NCBI GenBank assembly: GCA_002633005.1
Contig: NMRA01000899.1
Coordinates: 1-64,000 of the forward strand
Direction of reading: 5' to 3'
Source: Phoronis australis
Taxonomy: Eukaryota; Animalia; Phoronida
DNA length: 64,000 nt
The notes beneath the pieces were generated by a model, which saw only the letters and a program-made list of their open reading frames with translations, was not told the DNA's origin and ran no database searches. Positions 13,142 to 25,059 of this stretch are shown piece by piece; position 1 is the first letter of the stretch; every line of letters begins with the position of its first letter. The position numbers were made by a program, and so were the translations under genes.

Positions 13142-16100
13142 TAGTCGGTGGGCCAGATTTTGTAGGGCCTCTAGAAAATGGTTTTTGTGAGTACTTTAGG
13201 GGGGCAATTTTATTTTGGTGTTTTTTAATTCATTTATTAGAGTGTTTTCAAAATCTAAAAAGTTCCCACATATAAAGTTGCACATTTTTGAGAAATTTGA
13301 GTTTGAAGTTACATAATAATCACCAAAGAGCTTAGTAAACTTATATTTGTAAAAACAACAGTTTTGGTGACTTTTTTGTAAAACAAGTAATATGGTCCCA
13401 TCAGTGCCATTGTATTGAACAATATTACACTCACATTACACGTTTTACTATTGTAAATTAATTGTAAACAGTGAAATTTAAANNNNNNNNNNNNNNNNNN
13501 NNNNNNNNNNNNNNNNNNNNNNNNNNNNNNNNNNNNNNNNNNNNNNNNNNNNNNNNNNNNNNNNNNNNNNNNNNNNNNNNNNNNNNNNNNNNNNNNNNNN
13601 NNNNNNNNNNNNNNNNNNNNNNNNNNNNNNNNNNNNNNNNNNNNNNNNNNNNNNNNNNNNNNNNNNNNNNNNNNNNNNNNNNNNNNNNNNNNNNNNNNNN
13701 NNNNNNNNNNNNNNNNNNNNNNNNNNNNNNNNNNNNNNNNNNNNNNNNNNNNNNNNNNNNNNNNNNNNNNNNNNNNNNNNNNNNNNNNNNNNNNNNNNNN
13801 NNNNNNNNNNNNNNNNNNNNNNNNNNNNNNNNNNNNNNNNNNNNNNNNNNNNNNNNNNNNNNNNNNNNNNNNNNNNNNNNNNAAATACATGACAATGATC
13901 AAAGTATGTACTTTCTATGACTTAATCAACAAATAAAATTAACTTTTTAATACAAAAAAGGAAATAACGGGGTTGGAGGTCTATTTAGGGTTGACTTGTC
14001 AAAGAACTATCCAATGTTATGCAGTCAGTGTTGCTGATGTTACTACAGTTGTCACAGGTGCACAATTCTGTACAGTTTGACCCAGCATTGCAGCACAAAC
14101 TCAGTTTCCCAGCACACAAGTTCTTTTTGCACTTGCAGCGTTCATGTTTAGTACTTACAGTCAATGGAGATGCGGTCATTGCCATACATATTAACTGCAA
14201 AGCTTCACCGCCAAGGAACCAACTATGGTCGATTAGAGAGGGTACAGCATTGCACACTGGTGATTAGCTCGCAGGCAATGAAGGGTCAAACACTAAGTCC
14301 TTGTTTGGAGGCGTGCACTATTTGGGCAAACGTTTGATTCAAAATATGTTATAATGGGCTGTGTTACTTAGAGTCAGCAAGTGAATTATTGAACACTAGC
14401 CTCAATTCACTTTCGTATCTCTTAGTCGGGCACAAACTACAACAGTGAGTAGCTTCAACAATATTTCTTAAGATTGCCTGTCCAAATAACTTCATGCACA
14501 CGAGCTTTCTGAAGAACAGCTTCAAAGTCTTGCTTTAGTTTTGAAAGGCAAATGACATCTCTTTGCGTTAGAAGCTTCGATTCAATGAACTCCAAACAAA
14601 ACTGTAGAAAAACATCTCTGAAAACTGTGAATTCGTCACTCTTCACAATCGTTGTCTTTCTATTTTTTATAGCATGATGATCTGTGGTACTTGGCTTCTA
14701 AGACACAAGGTCTTTATCTTTGAATTTCATTTGCATATTCAGGGCTCTGGACTGAGCTGTTGTGTGCGATACAAGTCCAACTGAAAAAAACCCGAACTGT
14801 TAACAATAATTTAGCATTCAACTATGAGTGAGTTGGCATGCAACTTTTTCAGACGGACTTATCAGGAACTGATCCACCACCAGCCTAACANAATAATTAG
14901 ATCAGTTGCTGCAACTGAAAATAAATCAGCTGATATACCAGTGCAGTGATTGAAATTTAATTTTTTTTTAAATCAGATGCTCAAACCATAGTCAATTGAT
15001 TTACACTTATGGTAATCGACGTTTGACGAAATGGACAGTGGCTTCCATCGTCCTCAAATTTCGACGGCGACGATGGCCACTTAGGCACTTTAATTTAGTT
15101 ATCATTGCAGCTTCCTAAGTAATTAATGTTTACAAAAAATTGAGACTACGGCAGGGGATGAAGGCCACTTGGGCATGTTGTTTGCAACCATCTACTCCAT
15201 TTAACCTTCTCAAAAAGTTTTGACTTAAAGTGCTTTAAAATCACACCCACAGTATAACGCCATAGGATTATCCCTTAGCGCAAGCAGTGTCGATGTGGCA
15301 ACTGAATGGAGTGTTCGAAAAACAGGATTGCATGAGTATTTGTTTAAACAGGGAACAAATGAAAACATTAACGACCTCCTCAGAGGCATCTCTCTACGCG
15401 GTACTTCTAAACTTATAGGAACATAATTTGCCGAAAAGTATCCAGCATATGGAGTACCTATGGTATGATCAACATCACTACTGGGTCAGCAGTATTTTCT
15501 AAGGCCTAGGCAGCCAAGGGGCTGAACAAGTTAAAAACCAACTGGTGATTATACTGAAACACTCATGGAAAACACCAAGATGTATTTTTCAAAAACACGT
15601 ATCTGTTTTTGAAAGCTATACTTCTTTCTCTTTCTTGAAATGTGGCCCATAATATACTTTTCCTGCTAACGAATGATCCACTCATGTTTCAGAATGTTCC
15701 TATCTTGTTCAGGTTAATTGGGTGTTTCAGTGTTTGGAAGTATAATTGATTTTCATGGGAAATCTTGGATAACATCTGTATCACTTTCAGCAACTTCAGC
15801 TTTCGTACTACTGTTGGTGCCTTGAAACGTTGCTATGCCGTTCTTTGTCCTTTCAATTTTTTGGTCTGACACTTGGTCTTCTAGTCTACAGCACTCAGCA
15901 GTATACTGTGTAGGCTACCAGGACATGCAGCTGTTTTCTGCACAAACGTTTGTGACACCTCTTCTTCTTTTTGATCTACTGATCTACGGAGTTCCACAGT
16001 CAATCACTTTTCGTCAGGAAGCTTTCCTAAGCTTCTTTAGGTTCTGACATCACAATTTTGTGCTGGTTGATAAACCTTGAATTATACAGGCACCACACTC

Positions 16101-16375
16101 CATGGGAGCAGCCATATTGAAGTAACTAAGCACAACAATACAATCTGGCTCTCTGATTGGTCAATTCAATAGAAAAGCGCCATCAAGTGGCAGGAATGTG
16201 CATCATATTTTGTGCAACAAAAACACCTTTTTTAAAAAAAAATGTGCAAGTGTAGACGTGGGAACTTTTTGGAATTTGATTTATAGGTATATTATCTAGC
16301 CACATAGAAAAAACTAGGTTGCCCCCCCCAAAGTACTCACAAGGATGAACGCTATGAGATCTGGCCCACCGACTA
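13142..16375 (-). mobile_element. Academ-like DNA transposon, degenerate and internally deleted (spans gap 13483-13882)
   Basis: 17-bp TIRs TAGTCGGTGGGCCAGAT / ATCTGGCCCACCGACTA with 5'-TAG...CTA-3' ends, plus subterminal gtgagtactttaggggggcaa inverted repeats. Near-TSD tac/tat. A minus-strand remnant encodes a C-terminal Cys cluster, CKCKKNLC...CCNAGSNCTELCTCDNC (13985-14140). Confidence 0.7.
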
Positions 16376-17984
16376 TATGCTGTGTGCGGCCTTTCACTTT
16401 CACTTGCCTCGTTTCTGGTTCAGTGTTGTCATCGGGCTTTCCACAGTGGACGGCGAGTGCTGTTCTAATAGGATTTTAAAGAGGCTCCTATGTTCAGCTT
16501 TAACGATGGTGTGAAGAACGTCTTGACTGCTGTGGATGCAGAGTAGGCCTACTTTTTGGAAACTACTAGGCTGAGATTTTAAATCTTGTTTAGGCGTGTA
16601 CCAACTTCAAAATTGATTATTTCTGAAGTATCGGCAAGTACTGTATTATTTGTAAATATACAGTATAACTATATCCAGCTGTAGTTTTCCACGAAGAAGT
16701 TAATTCAGACCGACGTATTGTCTCTGACTTGTTGAAAACATTCCTTGTCAAAAAACTGGGGATCGTTCCATGATGATGTGTAAGTTAAAAAATTGCGTTA
16801 AGCTGAACTATGACATTTTTCGAGAACTAAGGACTAGACGCCTGCGGTCACCGAGTCATTAGAATAGCTGGTAACGGACATACAAAACACGCAACGATTT
16901 TATATGGAATGGGCCCCAATATTCTTAGAAAAGGACAGTGATTTAACAGAATGATTTGAACTAGGTTTCAGTGAACGTGGATTGTATGGAACAAAAACTG
17001 CCAACGTCGCAGTCAACAATGTTGATATGAGCATTTAATGAAGAGCATATTAAAAGGATTAATTTGCCAAACTCCCTTATCTGGGAGCTGCAACACAAAA
17101 ATGGTGCCTCATGAGACACGTGATTTCACGTCAATTAATAATACAATTTTTGTGCTTAATTATATGTACTTCGAACTAACGACCAATGACCAAATAGCAA
17201 TTTTAATTCACATTTTATCATAAAGATAGTAGAAAGAGAAAGTGCATGTTTTTATAGTCTGAAAGGCCGAAAGTCAGCTTTTTTGGACTATTGCCCCTTT
17301 AAACTATCGACTTAGACCAGGTTTGAGCAAAATGATTGTGTCACTTCAGAGTACAAAATATTTTCTATTTCCCCAGCTAGGCATCCCATTTTACGTATAT
17401 ACGTCACGGTTTGACTTGTTGTAACCGCCACTATTTCAGACAGGTTTGATATCATGGGAACAATGATATTTCTTTTGTTACTATGCAGCCCCTTTTCTAA
17501 GCTAATGGGTCGCCCTTCTAAAAGGCGATATTTTGCTGTTGCTTTGGCAAAATCTGTTAACCTACAGGCAAATAAATGCGTGCTTTTATTTCATACCACC
17601 ACAATGTCTTTAAGAAGTTGTCATTCGTAACTAAGGTGGTAGACATCCGCCGGCACCACAAACTTCGGTTTTTCTCATTTTGTGTGGAGCAGGTCAATTA
17701 CTGCATTACCGATGACTCCAAGGCAATAAAACACTGGGCGAAATAAACCAAACTATCGTGGACTAAAACTGGTGTTTTTTCTATCAAATTGGCTTTGAAA
17801 ATTGAATTCTCTTGAAAAAAATTTTTATTGTCGTTCGTTCCCGAAGAAATACGATAAATGTTTGCCAAATGCGAAGTCTTTGTTGTTCTTACCAAAGCAA
17901 GTGTGTTTACTGTAATGTTGGATACACTATTGGTTTATGAGCGTCAACAAAAGATTGCAAAATAGCTTTAAAAAAAACTTGTTA

Positions 17985-18388
17985 CCTGATCCAGGAAACT
18001 CCTTTCGTGTGGAGTTGAAACTGTACGCTTTACATTTTTTACTACACCATAAAACAACCCATGTTGAAAAACCATGGAAAGTTCATAGCGACACATCTAT
18101 AAAGTCGACCTGACACATTTGATAGAATTTCATTCACACAATCCCAGAAAGAAGGCGTTAAGTGTGTCCACGGTTTCCATCCGCGTGACAAATGCCATGC
18201 AAACTAATGAAATATGACGTCGCTTTCGTAAAATGTAACATTTCTCGCATGTGTATTTGACGTAAATAGTATCAATTTCATAAAATGTAACAACTTGTTA
18301 CATTTTAGGAGAGGGCTAGCAACGTAAAATGGTAAAAATGTAACAATTGTTACATTTTACGAAATTGTTACATTTTACGGCGTATCAG
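17985..18388 (-). mobile_element. Non-autonomous repeat with AAATGTAACA motifs, copy 2 (inverted)
   Basis: Reverse-complement similarity to 11678-12130 along its whole length. Confidence 0.7.
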
Positions 18389-18479
18389 ATCATGCACATT
18401 TGCAGGAACTCATTCACTCATTTGCATACACACGACTACATTGGCAGTCAGCGGCTTAGATATCATAGAGGTTGGCTAA

Positions 18480-18615
18480 GCGCATAGCGGGCAGTCATCT
18501 TGTTGAATCAGAGCCGATCGTTCGAGTTTCAAAAGTTCTGGTCCTGTGTGTCATTGCTGTAAAACAAGTGGTCACTTTATAGCTAGTTGTCCTAAGCTAA
18601 AGAAGAAAAAATAGT
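18480..18615 (+). mobile_element. LTR retrotransposon gag remnant (zinc knuckle)
   Basis: Translates to GPVCHCCKTSGHFIASCPKLKKKK*, a CX2CX4HX4C motif at 18549-18590. Confidence 0.6.
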
Positions 18616-19031
18616 ATGCTGTGACTGTTTCTCAGTCCAACATTAATGCACAGTTGAAGAAATCTGTTAATCAGAATCCGTTGTCACCTGAGGTTGGTAT
18701 TCGCCCCAATATTGATGATTTAGCTCAGAATTGTGTAGGCCTATTACGGACAATGCCAACAACAGGTTAACTATCTTTAGGTGGATCAGAGAGTCAACTT
18801 GCAAATAAAATGAGTAATATGTGCACAGAGACTTGGGACATTTTCAGCTAGACACAACATGCAACGCCATTCTACTGAGCAAATACATTTGTAGCTCAGT
18901 CCACTCCTATCATAACGTCACACGTTCGGATACTAAACATACATCACTGTCAGAATTTATACTGACACTGTTCTTAGTTTTATAATTTTATTCTATTCTT
19001 CTGTTTGTCTTATTGATTGGCAAGACTCCTA

Positions 19032-20202
19032 CAGCGGATTTCATAAAGGTGGTTTAAAGTTAAACCAGGTTTAAACTGGACTTAGACCAGGTTTAGTGAT
19101 AATCTGCATTTCATAAAGGTGGTTTAACTTTTAGACCAGTGGTCTTGTAAAACCTGGTCTAACTCCAGTTTAGACCTGGTCTAAGTCAGTTTTCATTTCA
19201 CCAACGAGGTCTATATTATTTAGACCTGTATTAAGATCTTAAACCATGTTTAACTTTAGACTTGGTCAGACCCAGGTTTAACTGTTAAATATGTCAGACT
19301 TGCATGGTATAGGTACAACTGAACGATGCCGCGGTGTGCAATTGCGACGCAGTTTTAGAGAGAAAATGGACTATTTTCATTATTCAAGTTTACTACGACA
19401 CGAGATCAAACGTAGCATGGGCGGATCCAGGATTTTTTAAAGGAGAGGGGACGGTCAAGGACTTTTTGAAAGGGGGGTCCAAGTCAACAATTTGAAAATT
19501 GTAGATTTGATATTATTAAAATCAAGGGAAAAAGGGGACTCCAGACCTCTTGACCCCCCTGGATCCGCTTATGCGTAGACCAGTACGTGCTGGAGTGTGT
19601 CCTGCGAATTCCTCAGAATACGACTGATCGAGCAGGTCTCATCATCGCAAGCCCTACGGATTTGACTTAAGACAGCATCCTCTGATTCTTCTGATTGAGT
19701 TTCACGTCCACTGTTCTCCTATTCAATGTTGCCGAGAAAGGGTCTTGCCCCCTCTTTGGCCGCGAAAAATAAAAACTAAAATGACACGGAAATAAATTTG
19801 GGCATTTATCATGTTACATCTAATCGTGAGCATGTCCTTTAATGTGTGTGTGTTGGGCACACAAATTACATTTTTCCTCATGAGAAAAGCTTTTAGACTT
19901 TGTCGTAAATGTCTGCACTGATTCTACTGGTGTATGCCATTCTATACCCACGTGATCAAGGTTTCATTGAAGCACTTCAATAGTTTCTTTGTTGGGTTTA
20001 CCCAGCTCGACACAGTGGGGTGCCTTTGATACTTTAAACCTGGTTCTACTGAACCAGCTCCCTGGTCTAGCAAAACCAGGCTTTCAGACTCTTAAACCAT
20101 GTTGGTGAAATGCAAGTTAGGTCTAAAATTAGACCAGGTTTAGGAAGACCAGGTTTAAGTCTTAAACCTGGTTTTGTTAAACCACCTTTATGAAATCGGC
20201 TG
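19032..20202 (+). mobile_element. PIF/Harbinger-like non-autonomous element, copy 1 (complete)
   Basis: ~26-bp TIRs cagcggatttcataaaggtggtttaa / ttaaaccacctttatgaaatcggctg, 3-bp TSD cta (19029-31, 20203-05), and many subterminal ARACCWGGTYT repeats. Confidence 0.8.
19416..19573. mobile_element. Short MITE with 5-bp TSD nested in Harbinger-like element
   Basis: catgggcggatccag...ctggatccgcttatg flanked by cgtag on both sides. Confidence 0.75.
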
Positions 20203-20219
20203 CTAGAGTTCAGCACAGT

Positions 20220-20800
20220 GATGATGTAATTTGTTTACTACAAAATAGCGCGGAACTTTCTTGAAGACCCTAGCATGTGAGTGTCTAATGTAATCTGGAG
20301 TATTCTAGAGACCAGTATATGTTTGTAAAACGATTGGGTAGATTCCGAAAAGTTCTAGAATGAGCTTGAATTGATGAAAAGTTCTAGAACATTGCATGAG
20401 ACTGTGAATGCCCAGGCACGGGTTTCTGATAGTGAATTAACAGAAAAACAGTTGAGGGGATTACAGTTAAATTGCACTGGAGAAAATCAACAGTTACAGC
20501 GATAGTCAACAGAGAGCCAGCTATAGAGACAGAAGGTTACTTGAATCACCGAGTGTAACAGTTGCTGGACGTGTCTCAGAAGTTCATCACAAGTCAAGGC
20601 TTTGCAGCACTAGCTGGAGCGTAGAGCAGGTATTACGTCGGACGTTTTGTTTGAGAAGGCTTGTGAACATACGCTCGAGATAAATAAAATGATTAACTCT
20701 GATTAACTCGAACCAGTGTTCAGTCTATCGTCGCACCGAAAGCTATTAACACCGGTTGGTAACAACTTGCGCCCATCCACAAACGGGGAAAAACGTGACA
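20220..20800 (+). mobile_element. Putative solo LTR with heat-shock-element-like motifs
   Basis: TG...CA ends are plausible, with AATAAA at 20683, repeated TTCTAGAA and a perfect GAAnnTTCnnGAA at 20253-20265. No clean TSD was found. Confidence 0.4.
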
Positions 20801-21664
20801 ATCACGTTGAGTATAACCGCCGACTCATGAAGATCGAAAATAATACGATTTTCAGTTAACCAATTTACCATTTTGCGGTTATGTCTAATGAATTTTGCTT
20901 CTCCATGTTGCATTTCACTGACTTCTAAAGGATGCCAAATTTATTTTGGGAGAAACTGGAAGCCTCTCCTTCTTTGATCACTAGAAAAACTGGCAGAGCA
21001 ATAGAACAGTCTCACTTCCCGTCAAAGTAAAATGGTTGTCGTATGAAAAATTTGCCATCGTACATGTAGCTATTGTTGAATTACCTGTTGCGTGTAAATT
21101 TCATGTCTATCGGTTGAGGGAATGGCGTGAAAGATGCAAAACCATGATGCTCTTGAATCGTAACACGGCAACTGTACTGAAGCCTGGGAATCGCACCAGT
21201 ACCTGAACTGTGTCATCACTAACTCTCGAGAACAAAACGTCTGAGCGCCTAATGTAGAACTTACAAGATCCGTCCACATAACAAATTTCAAGAAAATTCG
21301 ACAAAGGACACCGAGTCGAATTTCACAATTCAATCAATAAAAGAGCAAATCGTGAACGGTAAACTGTAGCAAGTAACGGATGTCACACTTCACATCGCGC
21401 CAGACGAGATCGAGCTACATATCACATTTCAGAAGAGCACTTCAAGGGACTACGGAGCTAGAACTATGCAAAGCAAAAATTTGGAAACTGTTCCGTTGTC
21501 TTGCCCCCATCTTGTACCCGTTTCCTACCACAGACGAAAGGCATCGAGCTATTAAGGAGAAGCATTTTGAGGAAAATGTGCTCGCGGCATGTCTGAGCGG
21601 TCCGACTTTTGAAATGATCAATATGTTTGTCTAGTTTATTGAGGATATCACATTTGTTTTGCAG

Positions 21665-21764
21665 ACCCTCCAACGTCTCTGTCCACCTTGTGATTTGGAG
21701 GAATTTGCAGCCGGAAGGCTTCTCCAGAATGCGAACAAGAATCGATTTCCGCAAATTTTGCCTC
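21665..21764 (+). CDS. Receptor-type PTP (PTPRA/PTPRE-like) D2 domain, first visible exon
   Basis: ttttgcag|ACC...CCT C|gtgagt. Encodes TLQRLCPPCDLEEFAAGRLLQNANKNRFPQILP (NxxKNR motif 1). Confidence 0.88.
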
Positions 21765-22525
21765 GTGAGTTATTTAATGTTGAAAAGTAATTAAAAATAC
21801 TTTGCTGGTTTGCAGCTGGAAATTGTAGTTCTTTAAATTGAAGTGGGTACAGCAAAATTACCTACTATCTTTTTTTGTAAGAAATCCGAAAACAAGGTAC
21901 TTTACAGGTTAACATGTGTGCCAATGCTGCCGTCAGGCTGATGGTGTCCGACACACTGCGGACTGCAACGAGTATATCTCCTTTTGACACTCCGGCGCTG
22001 TCTCAAGGATCTGATGAGATCGTTGCATACCTGTCCGGCTACGTTGTAATCTGGGAGTAGTATTGCATTGCAGATCTACATTGTAATGCTACAAGAATTT
22101 TAGAAAGATTCCAACAACCTTCATTCATCAATAATTAGCTTACGGAGTTTCCTAAAGATTCCTCACTCAAGCCCCAGCTAGTGGTTGTCTCCGTGCAAAG
22201 TTTCAGCGGTGGTCATAACAACCTTTGAAGGTTCACCACCAAGCTCCGTACAGTAGCCTATGGCTCACTCAGTCGTCCGCTAATTCCGCTAGTTATGGTG
22301 CATAACGGCTCTGTCCGTCTTTTACATGTACTTCCAGACTTGTGTACCATTGTTCATGTCTGCTCCCTATTGCCATTATAGTTCCATTCTTTCTAATCTG
22401 TCGCCTCAATGGCTTTGTTATAGTCTTCTTCTCACACGAGAGGCGCGAAAAAGCAACTGCCGTACGAACTCCTCAACACCTCACTTCCATTGACCATTAT
22501 CATACCCTCCAGCCTTTCCCTTGAC

Positions 22526-22700
22526 AGTATGGCTTAGTGGTTTGAGCTCCGGGCTCTTGGCTCGTCTCGGAGACCCTGGCTCGAATTCTGGCTTTACTGG
22601 CAGACAATCGAGCATAACAGAAATGTGTCTCCAATTCCTCGGTCTTACTAGTTAATATATGGAAGGGAGTGAATGAGGTCCTGCTGCCAATACGCCTCGT
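22526..22700 (+). mobile_element. tRNA-derived SINE head (degenerate)
   Basis: A-box-like TGGCTTAGTGG (22530) and B-box-like GGCTCGAATTC (22578) at tRNA-like spacing. No cloverleaf. Confidence 0.45.
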
Positions 22701-23707
22701 TCTTTTTTCTGTGTGCCTACGCTGTTGACACGCATGCTATGACATTGATCTGCGCTTATACTGCAGTGTTTTGATTACCAGGAACTCCTCGAATTTTTCA
22801 TAGTCTCTAATTCTCCAACACGTTACTGTCTAATGTAAGTTTGCATCCCGCACATACTGGAGTATTTACAGAAACGATGGCAACTTCCGCTGCTTCTTAC
22901 GTTCCATCGCTGCAATTGCCTCAAATATTTGCTAAAGCCCTTCTCTCAACAATCCTTAAAATGATAGAAGCGCTTTTACAAGAAGCCAGCAAACCTGGAT
23001 CATGCTTGTCTGTTACCACCATTGCACACGAATTCCTTGGGGGTAGTTAAAAGGTCAAACTGAGGTACTCTTGCCTCCGACACCCCTTCAGCCTACTTTA
23101 CATCGTCCAGACGTCTTGCCATTACGCATTTAGTGTAGCTCTCTGTCAGGTAAGTCAGTTCTCTTGTTGCNCTGCTTCTGTTGCGTTGCTTTTCCCTACT
23201 CCGTCGCGTGCTACAGTTGCTACTTACTTTCTTCTTACATTTAATGCGCTCACCAGAAACTTGTAACTTATTTTTTTCAAAAGAATGTTGCAAAATGATG
23301 AATGTTTTGTTTGATTCTCATCGTCTTCTATTTTGTTTCTATTTCTGAACAATTCAATTATTCATGAATTTCATCCGTATGGCCCCAAGAGTCCTAGGAA
23401 CACCGGATGTAACTTTTTCGAAAATTTACTTTCCCATGAGCATGTTATTGAGTCCAGAATCTTAAACTGTGATTATTGATGGTGGAACCGTGACTCAGCC
23501 AATTAGGGAAACAAGTGTCTAACTTTGACCCTTGGATTTTGCACTTGCGATTCTTCCCATGGGAGTCCATTGACACTGCAACTGTTGCAGTCATGCCAAG
23601 ATCATACTGCTATTGATACACGACCTGCTATATCTCGTGTGATCTTGAGAATTTTCGCTTTTTATTGAGGTTCTATCGTTACTGAACTCTACCCTGTTCT
23701 CTCTTAG

Positions 23708-23784
23708 TTGGTCGTGCACGTGCATACCTATTGACCCCAGGTGAACAAGGGTCGACTGACTACATCAACGCCATATTTGTGAAT
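23708..23784 (+). CDS. Receptor-type PTP D2 exon
   Basis: ctcttag|TT...AAT|gtaagt. Encodes GRARAYLLTPGEQGSTDYINAIFVN (DYINA motif). Confidence 0.92.
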
Positions 23785-24153
23785 GTAAGTAAGAAGTCTT
23801 AGAATGTTGGAATCTCTTTAATTTTAAAGTTCGACTGGGGTCTGATTCTCTTCATCACTGGAATGGTTTTTAAATTGCTAATAATCACTTACTCGACGTG
23901 AACATTAGGGTTACGAATCGACTTGTCTGAACATTATGTAGCGCTCGTTATGTTAGTGGATGTATACTAGTAAATTTCAAAAAGGGGGCTGTATTGTTAT
24001 CTGCTTAGAGAATCTGGAATATGCGACTGATGTTTTCTCAATGGTAAAGGGTTTGAATACATCTTGCACAGGCTAAATGATTTCTGTGCAGTGACGCAGT
24101 GTTTTGTATTTATCTATTGAAACCAACATCTTTCTGGATACTGGATGTTATAG

Positions 24154-24288
24154 GGTTTTCAACATCGAGACACGTTCATAGTCACCCAAATGCCTTTGCC
24201 GAATACTGTATTTGATTTCTGGAGAATGGTACACGACCACGACAGTAGCACCATTGTCATGTTGAACGCTAATGATGGTGATGATAAG
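24154..24288 (+). CDS. Receptor-type PTP D2 exon
   Basis: ttatag|GGT...AAG|gtaagg. Encodes [45 protein letters not shown]. Confidence 0.93.
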
Positions 24289-25059
24289 GTAAGGGCATGT
24301 GCTGGGTAGTATTGTGTGAGTACCGCTGGCTGCATTTTGTTTGGATGGTACTTCCGGTAAAACTCTCATGGTTGCCATGGGATACGTTTGTGAATGGACT
24401 CAGTTGCATGCCAGAAGTACATCGTATAAGTGAATATGACGAGTGTACTTTAGTTAATTGTGTTTGTCATTTCACCCGAAATATTTTTCTTTTTCTATCT
24501 TATCTTTTTTATTTACCCAGTGGGACATAACATGGTGTTTACTTGGATTACACAGCATATTCTCATTTCAAATAGTCTATCTAGTCGCAATATGTGTTCG
24601 TAAGCTATGGCATGGAACTTGAAATGTATAGTTAAACAAATTTAGGCGAGTGAAAATGAGCTACTTGAAGCAATCTACAGTGGTTCGAATGAGTTCGAGG
24701 GTACTAAAAGACATACAGTTATAAATCAGGATGTGATTAACAATGACCAGAATGAAATAGACGGGAACAACTTAAATTTGTGAAACGATGATAATCAAAA
24801 ATGGTTTCCAAAAACATGGATGCTCTTTGTAGAATAACGAATGTGGTGTGTGTGTGAAGAACAAACCAATCTATGGCTAAACATTTGTATTAAGCAGGAA
24901 GTTACATAGAGCCAACTGGCGTGTGGAGATGACAACGTAGGAATCAAATATTCACATGGTTTCCAGGAGTGCAGAACTACCAGCCTGCCATCTAAATGCT
25001 ATCAATGATTTTCCAGCTCTCTATAATCTTTATCAGTGGAGCTGATAGAGTTGAACAGT

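Noticed and set aside
13309-13920. ORFs running through N-runs (also 41700-42330)
   Set aside because: Artefacts of assembly gaps.
19050-19290. CRISPR-like regularly spaced short palindromes (AAACCWGGT)
   Set aside because: Units are ~11 bp with no unique 30-40-bp spacers. They are subterminal repeats of a TIR element in a eukaryotic genome.
22526-22600. tRNA gene
   Set aside because: A and B boxes only, with no acceptor stem, cloverleaf or terminator. Treated as a SINE head.
21900-23300. Minus-strand LINE-like scraps (similar traces at ~39000-39650 and ~53550-54010)
   Set aside because: Too decayed to assign a family or boundaries by eye.
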